Assembly (NCBI GenBank): GCA_907165135.1
Contig: OU015566.1
Location: 14,322,001 to 14,386,000, forward strand
Length of the DNA: 64,000 bases
From: Oikopleura dioica
Taxonomy: Eukaryota > Animalia > Chordata
Direction of reading: 5' to 3'
Part shown: positions 1-12,534 of the stretch, piece by piece
Layout of the letters: each line of letters begins with the position of its first letter
How positions within the stretch are numbered: the stretch's first letter is position 1
Made by a program: the position numbers and the translations under genes
Notes under the pieces: model-generated
Seen by the model: the letters and a program-made list of their open reading frames with translations, nothing else
The model's database searches: none
What the model was told of the DNA's origin: nothing

Positions 1-1975
1 GGATTTATTCAGCCTGGCTGTAGAAAGCCCGCCCCGGCCGCAGATGAGACAGCAAATAATAGTCAACTTAAAAGTTAAGGCCGGAGGATAATATTTAATC
101 CAGCCAATTCGCGCGAGAGGTATTACTGTACTTGGTGATTAATTTTTTAATCTCTTCGGGCTTGGGTTCACTTCGATGAGTTTGGAGGATTTATGCCCGC
201 GCGCTTTCTATTTTTTCGAACTCGCAAATCAAGTTTTTCAAAAGCGAACTCTTGAAGAGGCTCTGCACGTGACTGTAGGTTACATGAACATGCAGAGCGA
301 TTATATATGATCGTGAACATCGCCTTCTGTCAAACCACCGGGTCGAAGTCATTATATCTAATATTGAGTAAGCCTTTTTTTTAATATGGCGACTCAATGA
401 GCCAAGCAGCCTCCTTCTCATAAGGATTAAGGAGATACACGCCCTTAATGTATATGATATGATATATTATATATCAAAACATATTTTATTTTGGCGAGTT
501 AATGTATGTCAATAACAAGCTTCAAAAATCAACGCGAAAAAGTTGACTCTTGAATTTTTGATCTCATAAAAATCAACTTGTTTGAGGTTTTAAGGGCGTG
601 GCTAACGATATCTTTTTCAAATAATAATTTGACTATTTTTTAAAAGATTTTTCGAAGATTTTAGATAGAAGATTCTTTTCTGGATTTTTTAAAGAGAAGA
701 TTTTAAAATTCTGTAATTTCAGATTGGAATCGGTTTCTTTATCGGAGAGTAAGAAAGAGTAATATTCTCAGCAGTGGAGACAGAGTTGGATCGATCGGAT
801 GAGCTGATCCTGCTTCTTTTTCTCGAATGATTAAAAATGATCGGCTAGGCGAACTTCCAGCGGCATTATGCGCCGCAAAGAAAAGTATTTTCAGGAAAGC
901 CGTTCAGAGATTCTCCCGAAGAAGCCAGGAAAAACGAAGGGGAGGAGGATAGGGCTACCCTATCGCTAATTAGGTATTTTCGATTTTGTTTAATCAGAAT
1001 AAAAGGGGTTTTATGTAAGCCGGCGCGTTAAGCATCCCTTCTGTTTTTACCCGATTATTTCGCCTTGGATAGGAGGAGCCCCTTAATGCTTCACAGACAA
1101 GAGTCATTTGAAGACTGTGCTCTCAAAAGAATCATCAGAAAATCAAAACCAAACTGAATCGAATAAATACCGCAAATTGGCTTTTGCGGAGAAGAACTCG
1201 TGCAGGAACACCAAAGCGGATATCGGATTATCCAATGTCGTGATGAGCGACATGGATTTTTGGAGCTCTCTCGGAAATGTTTCCGCGCTGTCGGTCGAGA
1301 AAAACAGCGTCACTGAGGTGCCACTTCCAAATCGAGTGTCGTCTGACATTTCGCCAGTTCGTCCCTAATTCCTGCCCATAAGCTCTCTGCGTGTGCGGTT
1401 TTTATAGCTCCTGTTTTGGGCACCACCGCTAAGTAGAGTGTAATTCGCAAGGCAAAATCTCAGTAGTCAGTAGTTACAGTAACGCCTTCTACTTCTGCCT
1501 GACTTCTTGCTCGGCAACCAGATTACACACACGGGCTGAGTTGATCATCGACTAAACTGGTTACCGCGTCTTCCGATTCGAGAAAATTGAGTTAACTCGC
1601 CTCGGGCGGTGTTAAGGATAAAAAGTCCTTTAACACAATTAACGCGAATTATCCTCGGAGGAATAATTTTTGCATACGTTGCAAAAATGAGTTAAAAGTC
1701 GGCGAGTTTGCCTTGTTTTTCAATTTTGATACAGTAAGGGAGTTTTTCATTCAACTCAATTTTAAGGGAGTAGCAATCGTATAAACAGATTTTCGCGCTG
1801 ATTTAACAATGTGACACCCTTAGTCTTATTTTTCGCTTCGAGACAATAAGGGGGTCACTATTGTAAATGCAGAGCAGTCTGCTAATATGATAGTGAATGC
1901 TCTGGCCGCAGGCGAGTGGATCAAACAACAACGCCATCGAGCAGCTGAAATATAAATAACCCTTGTCCATATTAA

Positions 1976-2371
1976 CATAGGTCATCCCCTTGTTACCAGG
2001 GTAAACGTCGGCGAAAATCTGAATTTAGCAGGATAGACCCCTGGCAAAAGGGCCCCACGTTAGCAGCATAAACTTTGGCAAAAGGGGTCATTGTTAGCAG
2101 GGTAAACTTTGGCACTCAATTAACAGGGTAGGTGAATCATAAGTGAGCGCCTCCAGCGTGAAATCAGCGGCGGAAATCAAACCCGCTCCGTGAGGCAAAG
2201 CAATGGTGATTCATTTAACCCTGTTAACTTGGTGCCAAAGTTTACCCTGCTAACAATGACCCTTTTGCCAAAGTTTATGCTGCTAACGTGGGGGCCCTTT
2301 TGCCAGGGGTCTATCCTGCTAAATTCAGATTTTCGCCGACGTTTATCCTGGTAACAAGGGGATGACCTATG
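1976..2371. mobile_element. Non-autonomous foldback/MITE with long terminal inverted repeats, flanked by TTAA
   Basis: TTAA at 1972-1975 and 2372-2375. Arm CATAGGTCATCCCCTTGTTACCAGG... (1976-~2115) is the near-perfect reverse complement of ~2232-2371. Arms are built of ~33-nt subrepeats (TGTTAGCAGGGTAAACTTTGGCAAAAGG-like). No ORF. Confidence 0.85.
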
Positions 2372-3740
2372 TTAATTGTTAACCATCGCGGGTTGTTATT
2401 TTTGATCCATGTTGGTCTATACACGACTTAGAACCTTAACTTAGTTTCTAGCATTTCTATTGATCGTTTCAAAACTTTTTGTGCTCAGAAGATTTAATAT
2501 TTAAACTTTCTTCTGGGAAAAATATACACATTCGTCAGAAGGCGATAAAAAGGGGGATCCTGAGGGATCGATTATCGGATAACCGTTTTTTAAAAACATC
2601 TTTTCCCGAAAATGTAAGCCGCAAGGCCCGTGAATCGATTCTTTTTCCCTCTATGGGGATCCCTTTCTTAAAACTCAGCACTACTTTTAAGGGGCCCGCT
2701 TCCTATCTAACCTCTAACCATATGGCGTGTCAGCGTAATGGCCCAGTGAGGGTTTTAGTAGGGGTGCGGCACGCGCCCAGATAAATTGACGCTTGGAGGT
2801 AGGGTCTCTTTATGGCCCTTGACAATAAGTAAGCAGATTATGATTTATTAAGACAAACTACGGCTATCACTTCAGTACACAGGTGTCCACCAAACAGCTC
2901 ATCCCTAATTTGTAATCACTGATTAGGGAGACGCTTTGAGCTTAGAAGGGCAGCTAGTAGTGTTATCGCAAAAATTCGATGCACTGATGATTGCGATATT
3001 GCGTACGCCCCAAATATTCTTCAGGAGGAGATAGCGCACAGTTTTTATCTACCCGGCGGGCGATTAAAACGTGAGGTCACCAAGTCCCGAGAGTTGCAGC
3101 GCGTCGGCGGGTTAATTCCTTCCAAATATCGAATTTCTAATAAACGCTCTTTCAAAAGCATCGACCATTGCTCGATTAATTACTTTTCCCCTCGGGGCGG
3201 GTTTCCCACTGCTGGAGGAGTGCGAGCACCGATCCGCTTTTCCTTGTTTCGAAAGTTGAGGCAATAAACAGCTGGTATGCTTCTTAGAATCTAATTTTGA
3301 ATCAACAAATTTTATTGGCTCAAATTAAGATTCAAGCATTCTTATTGGCTGAAATATAGGATTTTGAAAGAACAATCCATTCCATAATATGAACCAAATG
3401 TTCGACCGATCATTTTTACTGGCCCAAATGAAGAATGACGGCTTCTTATTGGCTCAAAAGAAGAATCTGATTTTCTGTTAAAAGAGGCCCCATTTAACTC
3501 CAAATGCTCTCAAGCGATTATTTATCTGCTTGTTGAATATTCAACCAATGCAGCGTGAATATTTCATGCAAGCTATAAAAAGATAGTAATCTCGCGAAAT
3601 CGATCTGTAACGGCTTCGAAAGACAATCCACTAGATCCGAACAAACTCAACTGGGAGTACCACGAAGAAGAATATCCAGAAGAACTCGACGAGTTAGCGC
3701 CCTCTAGTGGTCGCTAGCGGCTGACCAATCCCCGTGACTT

Positions 3741-6510
3741 ATGTCGTGGCACTTTGTCGAGCGTTGGCTTCAAAAAGTTAACCAGCATTCGACCCTTATC
3801 GGCAAGTTCTGGCTCACGTTCCTCATCATCTTCAGGAGCAGGATTTAACCCAGGCGCGCGGCGTTCCATCAGTTATCCTCAATAATTTATCGTTCAATTA
3901 TCGAACTCAGTGACATTTCTGTCTGATTCAAGCAGTAAATTGATCTCCTCGAAAGCTGGCTCAATATTGAAAGTGGTTTAGAAGAAATTAAAATATTTAT
4001 CAGACGAGATGAAAAATTCACTCCAAAGCCGCGAATAATTATCGAAATTAGATACAGCCAGTATCAACTGACTGTTACTGACTGTATTTGTTAGTAGTCG
4101 GCAAAGTGGTTAAATCCCGCCACAGAATTGTCGTCGTCTCCTCGGTCGGCGACAGGGTGTACTCTGACGAACAGTCCGAATTCAAATGCAACACCTTACA
4201 GGTACTGTAACTGACTGTATGATTCACTCGGTACAGTCAGAATCAACTCGAGCCTTCTCAAAAAGCAATTTGATATTTTTGATTGGTTGAAACACAAGTT
4301 GCTTCTGAGCCAATTAGAGCGCCCCATTTTGTTTCTGAACCAATCAGAACCTCGGAGGACCCTTTCCCTTGAAATCTTATTGGTCAACTTTAGATCGGCT
4401 GCACAAATGTGTGTTTCAACATGTTCTCACCAATTTCGCACATTCGATTCTGGAGTTTCCAGATTATCCTTGTCTGCACACCTTCCATCGTCTTCATGGT
4501 CTACAGGTAAGAAACCCTTTCTTTTCTCGCCTTTAAGACTATTTTCTCTAGTGCGCACAAGGTTAAAGGAAACGATGGAGGCAAAGGAGCAAAGAAAGAA
4601 AAACCCAAAGAAGAAGTTTCGCCGGTAAGACGAAATTACAACGACCAAGGGCTTGAGCTTAGTTCCTAGGGCAAAGATAGAATGGCAAACCTTCTCATGC
4701 TCCAAGACAAGCTGGGCGAAGACTTCAAGGGAAAACGCAACCGGCGCCAATCCAAGTTCGGCGGTCCAAAGGGCCTCGGCCCGGGCCAGAACGACTCGCC
4801 CGGCAAGGAACTCGTCCAGCTACCCGCCAAGTACCAAATCAAATCTGACGATGACGACAAGCAGGTTAGTCAACTTTGGTGCTTTATTTAGATCGCGGAA
4901 ATTAGCCGGCCGAGGGGTTTAACCTTTGACTACGTGGGAGCGCTTTTTTGCGAATTTTGCTTCTAAATTTGGAGATTTTAAGGGTATCACTCTGAAATTG
5001 TCACTTTCGAGAGCAACGTAAGGAGGCAACTTAGAGCAAACTACACGTCGGTTGGTGATTTTCTAATTAGTTTCACCTTGAGTTAATTTTGTTTAACTCT
5101 TTTCCAAATTCCACCGCTTTATTAACCCCTCAAATGCCTGGAGCACTATTTTAGAACTTCAGGAAACTCACTTTTTCCTTTTTTATGAATTATTTTTGCG
5201 CGCGATCTGATAAAGAAAACCTATCCAAATAGGTCTAAAACAAAGGAAATTTTAGAAAACTAATTACGAAAATGTTAATACGATGTTTTACTCGTCCAAT
5301 CAATTATTTTCCTTGTCAAAGGGGCCGTGTTCCATCAACCATAATTGAGTGGTCAGCGTAAACATCGCTAGTAATCCCTTCTCCAATTTCTAAAACGCTG
5401 TTCAATTTTAAGGCCAAGCATCTTTTGATTGTAAGCCGGATTTTAAGTCGTCATTTCTTCCTTCATTTACATTGTGATACCCTTATATTATCCCGCCAAA
5501 ACATAGGTTAAAACATTATTTAGCTCCTGAAGAAGGCAAAATTCAATTTTGAATGAACTGTAACTGACTGTATTTTAGGCGTTTTTCCAACACTTTGCGA
5601 TTTACACCATGTCGGTTGTTCTGCGAGCAGCAATCGAATGTGCCTTTCTATTATTACAGTATCGACTTTTCGGCTTCCGCGTCCCGGAACTGTACAAATG
5701 CCGAGTAAGTCCACCTCCTAAATTCAAGAGCTAGAGAGGTATCTCCTTAGGTCGATCCTTGCCCAAACACAGTGGATTGCTACTCCTCCAGGCCGACGGA
5801 AAAGACGATCTTTATCCATTTCATGTTCGGCATCACCTTGTTGTCCATGTTTTTAAACTTCACGGAGCTGATATATCTGGCCTGGCATTGGATAGCGAGG
5901 CGCCATCGAAAACTTAGGGACAGGCAGCGACTAGCCAAGCTTCAGGAAAGTGCTCAAACTCTTACTTAGATAAGTATGATGAGTCATCATTGATGACACC
6001 CTTAAAATTGGCTAGAAAACAAGAAGATTCTGTAGTTTGATCGAGAAATAGTCCAATTAGAAATTGGAAAGTCTGAGCATCTGACTGAAGCAAATGAATT
6101 TTCCTTTCACGGAAGTAGATTATCAAGGGGATGATCCGACGGCGCCGATCATCCCGACCCTCGGCGCAAGTGGCGCGAGCGCGACCGGGCTCAACCGCTC
6201 AACCAAGTCCAAGAAGAGTTTGATCGACAATCAGACCAATCCCAATCTCGCAGCCAGCAACAAGATACCGGGCTCACAATCATTTGAAAAGAAGCGAAAG
6301 AATCAATCGCGAAAACCGCGAACGCGCCTCGGGGCCGAAAAGAAAAGCGCGGCGCTCTTCAACAAACTTGTGAGCCCTGAAAAGCCGAAGCAATCTATGG
6401 CGCTGCAAAAGGGCAAATCAGGTGACCAGAAGCGGGTCTTGGTGGGCAACGCTGGGCCTGATGAGAAGGGACGCAGGGGGACGAACGGGGCGGGCGACGA
6501 CTACGTCTGA
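3741..6510 (+). CDS. Connexin (gap junction protein), multi-exon
   Basis: Exons 3741-3835 ([32 protein letters not shown]), 4126-4201 ([15 protein letters not shown]), 4394-4506 ([24 protein letters not shown]), 4552-4624, 4670-4864, 5579-5704 (LYKCR), 5751-~5950 ([24 protein letters not shown]). Both extracellular Cys loops are present. Probable C-tail exon ~6120-6510 ends GDDYV*; the junction to it is unresolved (unspliced frame stops at 5969). Confidence 0.95.
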
Positions 6511-7243
6511 TTGGCTCCTCATCACGTGACCCCTGTGACCTTAACTTGACCCCGAGTGACCTCGTATCATGGACACTGCCTACTCACGTGTACAAACAAA
6601 CTCTCTACCTTGGTTATTTAAAACTTGGGCATTAGAAAATGCCCTGAAAAGAAAAACCACGTGACCTCGTCTTACCCCCTCTCTCGCCCGAGGCCGGCCC
6701 AATACGGGCCCCTGTCCAAGCTTCTCAAAGTTCATTCTATCCATCCTTTTTCCTATCTCCAACCAAACAGCATAAGTATAAAAACCAATTACATTAATTC
6801 TAAAATTACTCAATTTCAATTTCCCGATACCAAGATACAGGCGCAAGCCGCAGGGCAAAACCACACCTTCACAACCAATCAAGGGTCTTATTGAAAACTA
6901 CAGTCGACTGAGCTACTGTTTGAACTACTGCGTGCCTAGAATTTTGAAATTACTGTCGCAAGCACAACTGTTTCTATTCTCTTTTTATCATTTTTTATTA
7001 AATTATTATATTATTACTATTATTACTATTAGGCTTCCGTAATTCTGCCAACCCTTGTGCTTTGATGATACTTCCTTATCAAAAAAGAATAATAGTCAAA
7101 GAAAACAATAATTACTATTTCTACTTCTTTCCTTGTAAAAATTTAAATAAACTTAAACCCAAAACTTTCTTCTTTCTTCAAATTTTCATAATCGATAATC
7201 GAAAGATAGAAGCTTGAGTCTATTAAAAAGCGGGAGCACTTAC

Positions 7244-10200
7244 CAAATTGCCAGCTCGCTTATCGTCCCAGCTAAATACTCGGGGAGAGTAGAAGCCGTG
7301 TTCGGAGAAAAGACGCTCCGCCTGGAAAGGGATCAAACACTTGTTATCAAAATTGCATGGATGGATAGTCTAGTGCAGCCTCTCTCTAGAAAATGCAGAG
7401 CTTCTTGGAACTCCTGCTTCCTTGGCTTCATTTCAAGACCTGCCTTGAATGCTTATGATCCCACAAGGAAGAATAGTATTTTCTATTATCGCTTTGGAAA
7501 GCCTTAATTTCGCCAAAACTGTGACAGTGTTGAATCCGTCCCTGATCGAGGTAGTAATTGTCAGCAGTCGCCTTGTAAATCCAAAGAGCTCCCCAAACCA
7601 ACTCATCCATGTATCCAGTCTCAGGCTAAAATCGACATTTTAAAAGCGGAATTTTCAAAGAATGAGAAAAAATGAATGTAGCTGAAAATCCGAACCGCAC
7701 GGAGCATGGCATGTTACGGTGGCTACAGAAAGAAAAAGAGAAAAAGGATAATCAGATTCAATCTCTTTGATCAATCCTTTTTCTTTCTTTCTTTTTTTTA
7801 GTCTTGCATGTAGCATGTAAGCGTTTCTTTTTTATAAGCCCTATCGAGAATCTTATAATTCTAAGTGGCGAGTAGCTTTGTCGAAACCACCCAACTTACA
7901 TATGGCTCAGCGTGAGCCGAATTATTCAAAAATCGGTTCTAAAATGGAAAGTTTTTTCGTAAAAATTTCGGAAAAATGGAAATCATCTTATGATGATTTC
8001 AAAAAAATTTCGCGGGCCTAGAAATCGTTAAAAAACTTCTTGTCTAGTTTTGAAGAGCTCTTCGAGACGAGTCGAATGATATATCAAACTCCAGATAATT
8101 TTAAGATTTTCCGCCAAAAAAGTGATAAGAAGGTGTCTTATCAAAAATTTTCTGACCGGCGCCGTTTTTGTTCTAGAAAAGCTGGGGTGATGCTTGACCC
8201 CGGAAAATGATCCTCATGGTCTGTTCTATTCCGGCAAAAAATTTCAGCTCGTCCTCAGATATCCTGCTGTGCTTATCAGCGAAAAATCAGAAAAGTAGTG
8301 CATTTTGTTGTCGCTGCACGTTCCTAATTTCTGGCCAATTTACAGTCCCATTTTCCTTGGAAAATGAAATTTAATGATAAACTCGGCTGGGTATATGATG
8401 ACGAGCTGAAATTTTTGCCGGAATAGAACAGACCATGAGGATCATTTTCCGGGGTCAAGCATCACCTCAGCTTTTCTAGAACAAAAACGGCGCCGGTCAG
8501 AAAATTTTTGATAAGACACCTTCTTATCACTTTTTTGGCGGAAAATCTTAAAATTATCTGGAGTTTTATATATCATTCGACTCGTCTCGACGAGCTCTTC
8601 AAAACTAGACAAGAAGTTTTTTGACGATTTCCGGGCCCGCAAAATTTTTAAATCATCTTATGACGAGATCCTTCATTTCAATTTAAGTCACGTGGGATGT
8701 ATTTTAAGGGAGGCCCTTGAGGGAAACCCTTGAGCCGGAAATGACATGTGGAAATCCGGGTTGCGGATTTTCAGGGGGACGAAGATCTACCTGGAATTTT
8801 TCGCCAGTCTCAATGTGCGCACTGTAGCTGCCTTGGTAAGTAGAGGCGAATTCCCACAAGTCTCGAGCGTGTTCCAAGCACTTGGCCGCGTACAACTCGT
8901 CTAAAAACAAGCGATTACTGAGTTGCATAATGCATAATAGAGGTGAACTCTTTGTTTTTGAACTTGCAAACTTTTAAGTTAAGTCTACAAGAATACGTGT
9001 ATGTTTTAATACGAAAATCCTGTGGCTGGTATCAAACCGCATACAAAGGATTTCGTAACGCCTGGAACATCTCGCCCGCGGTAAATCTCCAAGGAGTCTT
9101 GAGATCCAGTCCAGGTGGCCTTATTAGTCAATGATCTTACCGTCGTCAGCGAAAACCATCGAAGCAGCTGCGAAAGTGGCGGCGATTTCTGCGGCAATGT
9201 CCGAGCCGGGGTATTCTGGAGAGATCTAAAAGGGTTGAAAAAGCGAAATTCATTTCGGGTCACCTTGAAAGCTGGCCTGTCCATGTTCATCTCCTCTGGC
9301 CTGCCCCAGTAGTTGTCATCAATTTTGACGTCGCCGACCTAAACGAAGATTGTTCAATATTCACCAGCCTTGCCCCGCGCCGGAGCTAAAAACGCGTTCT
9401 AAACATGTGCCACCCCGAAACGCGTACTTACTCAATTAGGCACCCCTATCGCTACCTTCCCATGTTGTGTTATATAACAAGATAATTGAGTGAGTCACGT
9501 GTTTGGTAAATCAAAAAATAGAAAGCGCAGATGTTCTCGTTTTGCTCAATTCTTATTTTTTAAAAATTCAAAAATTTAAAAATATACTTTTTCGTAAATA
9601 AGGGACCCTTTTGGTCTAAAAATAAGGGTGTACCTGGACATAGAGCTCAAATTTGCCAGTGTGCGCCTTCATATAATAATCCACGATCCACTTGAGCTGG
9701 TTCTTTGCAAACTCGAATTCGTTGGACTGGGCGTAAGCATCTTTGTAGTCGATCATTCCCCAAAGCAGCATCGTCGCAGCAGAAGCCGTGGGAAGAGCGT
9801 GCTTGACGTGGCCGCCATCGTGGTACCAGCCGCCAGAGAGGTCAACTGCTTCCAAACAACCGTCCTTGAGACCAGAGTCGCCTCGCCAGGGATCGAATTC
9901 CAGTTGCTCTAAAAGACGAAAATTGATAAACGATATTTCAAGTTGAGGTTGACAATCTGTTAGGAAAGCCTGAGTCAGGGTTTGACAAAGCCTAAACGAA
10001 AAGCCGCGTAGCGGCTTTTAAAACAAAGCCGCGAAGCGGCTTTGCATAATTTCTTTTGCAATTTTTTTATTCTGGCGAAGCGCTTCGCGGCTTCGTTTTA
10101 AAAGCCGCTACGCGGCTTTTCGTTTAGGCTTTGTCAAACCCTGACTCAGGCTTTCTTCTCAGGTTCTCGAGTCCAATTAATCAGACAAATAAGAGGTCAG

Positions 10201-12534
10201 CTGAAAATATTGAGTTATGAAAATCTACCCTACTTTAGTAAGTCTTGCTTTATTAGCGCCCCTCCCTTAAAAACTCGCCGCCCTTAATTTTTACTAAACG
10301 AATTTTAGAAAAGAGACTCCCAGCTAAAGCTGTGGAATTTCTCAGTGCTCAAGTTGTTTTACTCAAAACAGGCTTACAGGTCATTCGGCGATGTTCTGAC
10401 AAGCTAGAGCGGTTCATAAATGGCCATATTTTTATTTAGAGTTCGAATTTCGATTGAATGAATTATGATTTCTTCTGAAAAGAGCAGCACTTGTGAATTT
10501 GCGCTCGTGTTGAATTTTGGTTATGAAACATTGTTTTTGGCAAAAATACGAGAATTTGCTACTAGCTTTTAATTAACGATAATTAAGTTGGCTCGGTTCT
10601 TGAGAATTATCGAGAGTAATGACGCAAAGACAGTTGTTTTCTGTTCGCTGAAATGCTAAAACAACTATGTAAATATACCTCAGGAAGTGCTCCAGAGCGT
10701 TGGGCGTTCAGGAACAGGAGAGATTTCGACATGACTTCGTTGTAGTCGTATCTGACGGCGCTTTTGAAGACTGAAAGCATCATTTTTTATCTTTATTGAC
10801 AAATAAGGGGGTACACCTCATAAACGTGATTTCTAACAGTTTTTGTTTTTAGCGAAAATAAGGGTCTCAGTTCATTATTTTTATCAATTATAATGGCTTT
10901 ATAATGATAATATTCAAATTTATTAAGGGTATCACTCTTTAAATTCTTTGAACTTAGATTCAGAAAAGAGAAGTCGTACCTGATGAAATCCATCGTGGGT
11001 AAACCTGTCCAGTGCCAGGAAGGCGACCGGCTGGTTCCCACGCGCTGCAATGTTGAACACCGTCGGAAAGTTGGTCTCCCGTGTAAATTTCCCCGATCGC
11101 CGCGAATTTTCTAAATCCGAAAATTTTAATCCCTCAAAAGGAATTTCTCTCAACCTTGGAGCAACTGCGGTAGTTTTAGGAGCAACAGTAGATCGAACGC
11201 CCCATCGATTGTTCGAAAGTCGACTGAAGGGACTTGAACCTAACGAAACTGGCTTCTTCTCGACAACGGCCTTGGCGCAATCGTAATAGAGGACTGCCTC
11301 GACGTCCAAATCGACAAAGCTCATGTGCTTGGCGGTAAAATCAACCTGAAAGAAAAGAAGCTGAGCCTGCGAAGACGCTTATAGAAGTTACCTCAAGCGG
11401 ATAGCCGGGGAAGAGTTGGCTGCTTTGATAGGACGAAACTGAAAACCACAATGTCAAAATATTGAAAGTAAGATGCGATGAGAAACACGAGGCAAGCATA
11501 ACAATAACGTTTTTACGATTAGAGAAGGCGAGTTGCGGCAAAACGCAAAAATGACAGCCTTTTCAAGCATTTTTTCGTCTGCTTTTATCAGGGACTAGGT
11601 TTGAAAACGAAATGTTAAGGGAACCCCATAGGATATTTTTCTTAATTGAAAGGTAAAAGGCTTTCTAAGAGATTGAGTAAATATACAAACCGGTAATAGC
11701 ATAGGTGCGCTTGTTGGCTGATGACTTCCTGAGGACATATCTTCGCTCTTGGTGCAGAGCGAGGGAAGTGACGGGCGCGGAAAAGGTCAAAACGAGGGTC
11801 CACTCGCTGATGCGCTGAAAAACAAAAGTGAGCAAAGCTTGTTCTAAAAAGGAAAGCTTTTAGCTTGGTGACACCCTTATAAACAAAATCCGTTGCGAAT
11901 ACTATAAGGTTGAATGAAGGGTTAAACTTTTATTTTGTAAGTAAATATGATGATAAACGGTCTTCAAAGATGAGATAGATCACTTAAAAATAATCACGTG
12001 ATTGGAAGATAAGCGAAAAAAGAAAAGATTGCTTATTATTTTTTTTATTTATCGTATTTTGAAATTTCTAAAAATCAATTTTTTCAAAAAAACTAAGTTC
12101 TTTTACTTGTCCGCAAAAACTGCTCAATTTATCACTTTCTGTCCGCAGCGCTGTCTACTTTGATTTACCTGAGTAGGATTGACTTGAACGCTTCCATCGA
12201 AGCCCTGATTCCACGCGTTGCCCCGTCGGTACGTTCCTTTTTTGATCTTGCACTCGCTTTGCAAATCGGTAAAGAAAGCTTCCAACGGCGCGGCAGTAGT
12301 GGTCGTTCTCGGCGTTGTTCTCGCGATCATCTTTTGCTTCAAAAGTTCGTCCATTTTTTGACCAGCGTCGGAGGCGAATTTCAAATTTGGCAATGGTCGG
12401 TTTCGGAAGACCGAAGCAGCTGTTTCTGTAGTGCTGACTGTATGCACCGAGGAATCAGGAGTGGCCGACTTCAATTTCGATTCGATAAGAAGCTTCTGTC
12501 GCATTGAGTTGTCTTCCTTGACTGTAGTCGCCGC
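7244..12534 (-). CDS. GH9 endoglucanase (cellulase) with N-terminal CBM2-like module; 5' start and 3' third not found, possibly a pseudogene
   Basis: Exons in gene order: 12534-~12150 (linker then CKIKKGTYRRGNAWNQGFDGSVQV), ~11815-11690 (ISEWTLVLTFSAPVTSL), 10770-10679 (YDYNEVMSKSLLFLNAQRSGALP), ~9908-9634 (WRGDSGLKDG..DLSGGWYHDGGHVK), 9338-9264 (VGDVKIDDNYWGRPEEM), 9225-9141 (PGSDIAAEIAATFAAAS), 8900-8791, 7625-7542 (DELVWGALWIYKAT), 7321-7244 (FSWDDKRAG). These are classic GH9 motifs. Confidence 0.9.
7992..8657. mobile_element. 666-bp foldback element (copy 1), inside a GH9 intron
   Basis: ~260-bp inverted arms (GATGATTTCAAAAAAATTTCGCGGG... / ...CCCGCAAAATTTTTAAATCATC) around a ~145-bp spacer. 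A highly similar copy lies at 47416-48081. Flanked by TTAT on both sides. Confidence 0.9.
9964..10155. mobile_element. Short palindromic MITE-like element in a GH9 intron
   Basis: ~63-bp inverted repeats GAAAGCCTGAGTCAGGGTTTGACAAAGCCTAAACG... The terminal CCTGAGTCAGG palindrome also occurs near 18025 and, inverted, near 58910, with ~35 bp shared between those two sites. Confidence 0.8.

Noticed and set aside
1108-1368. 86-aa ORF and nearby short frames in 190-1970 as a gene or as the missing GH9 exons
   Set aside because: No GH9 motif on the minus strand, no recognisable domain and no consistent splice chain.
7992-8657. ORFs 8442-8642, 47417-47749, 47699-47950 and 47862-48260 as a duplicated gene or transposase
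   Set aside because: They are frames within the palindromic foldback arms, appear on both strands because of the symmetry, and show no transposase motif.
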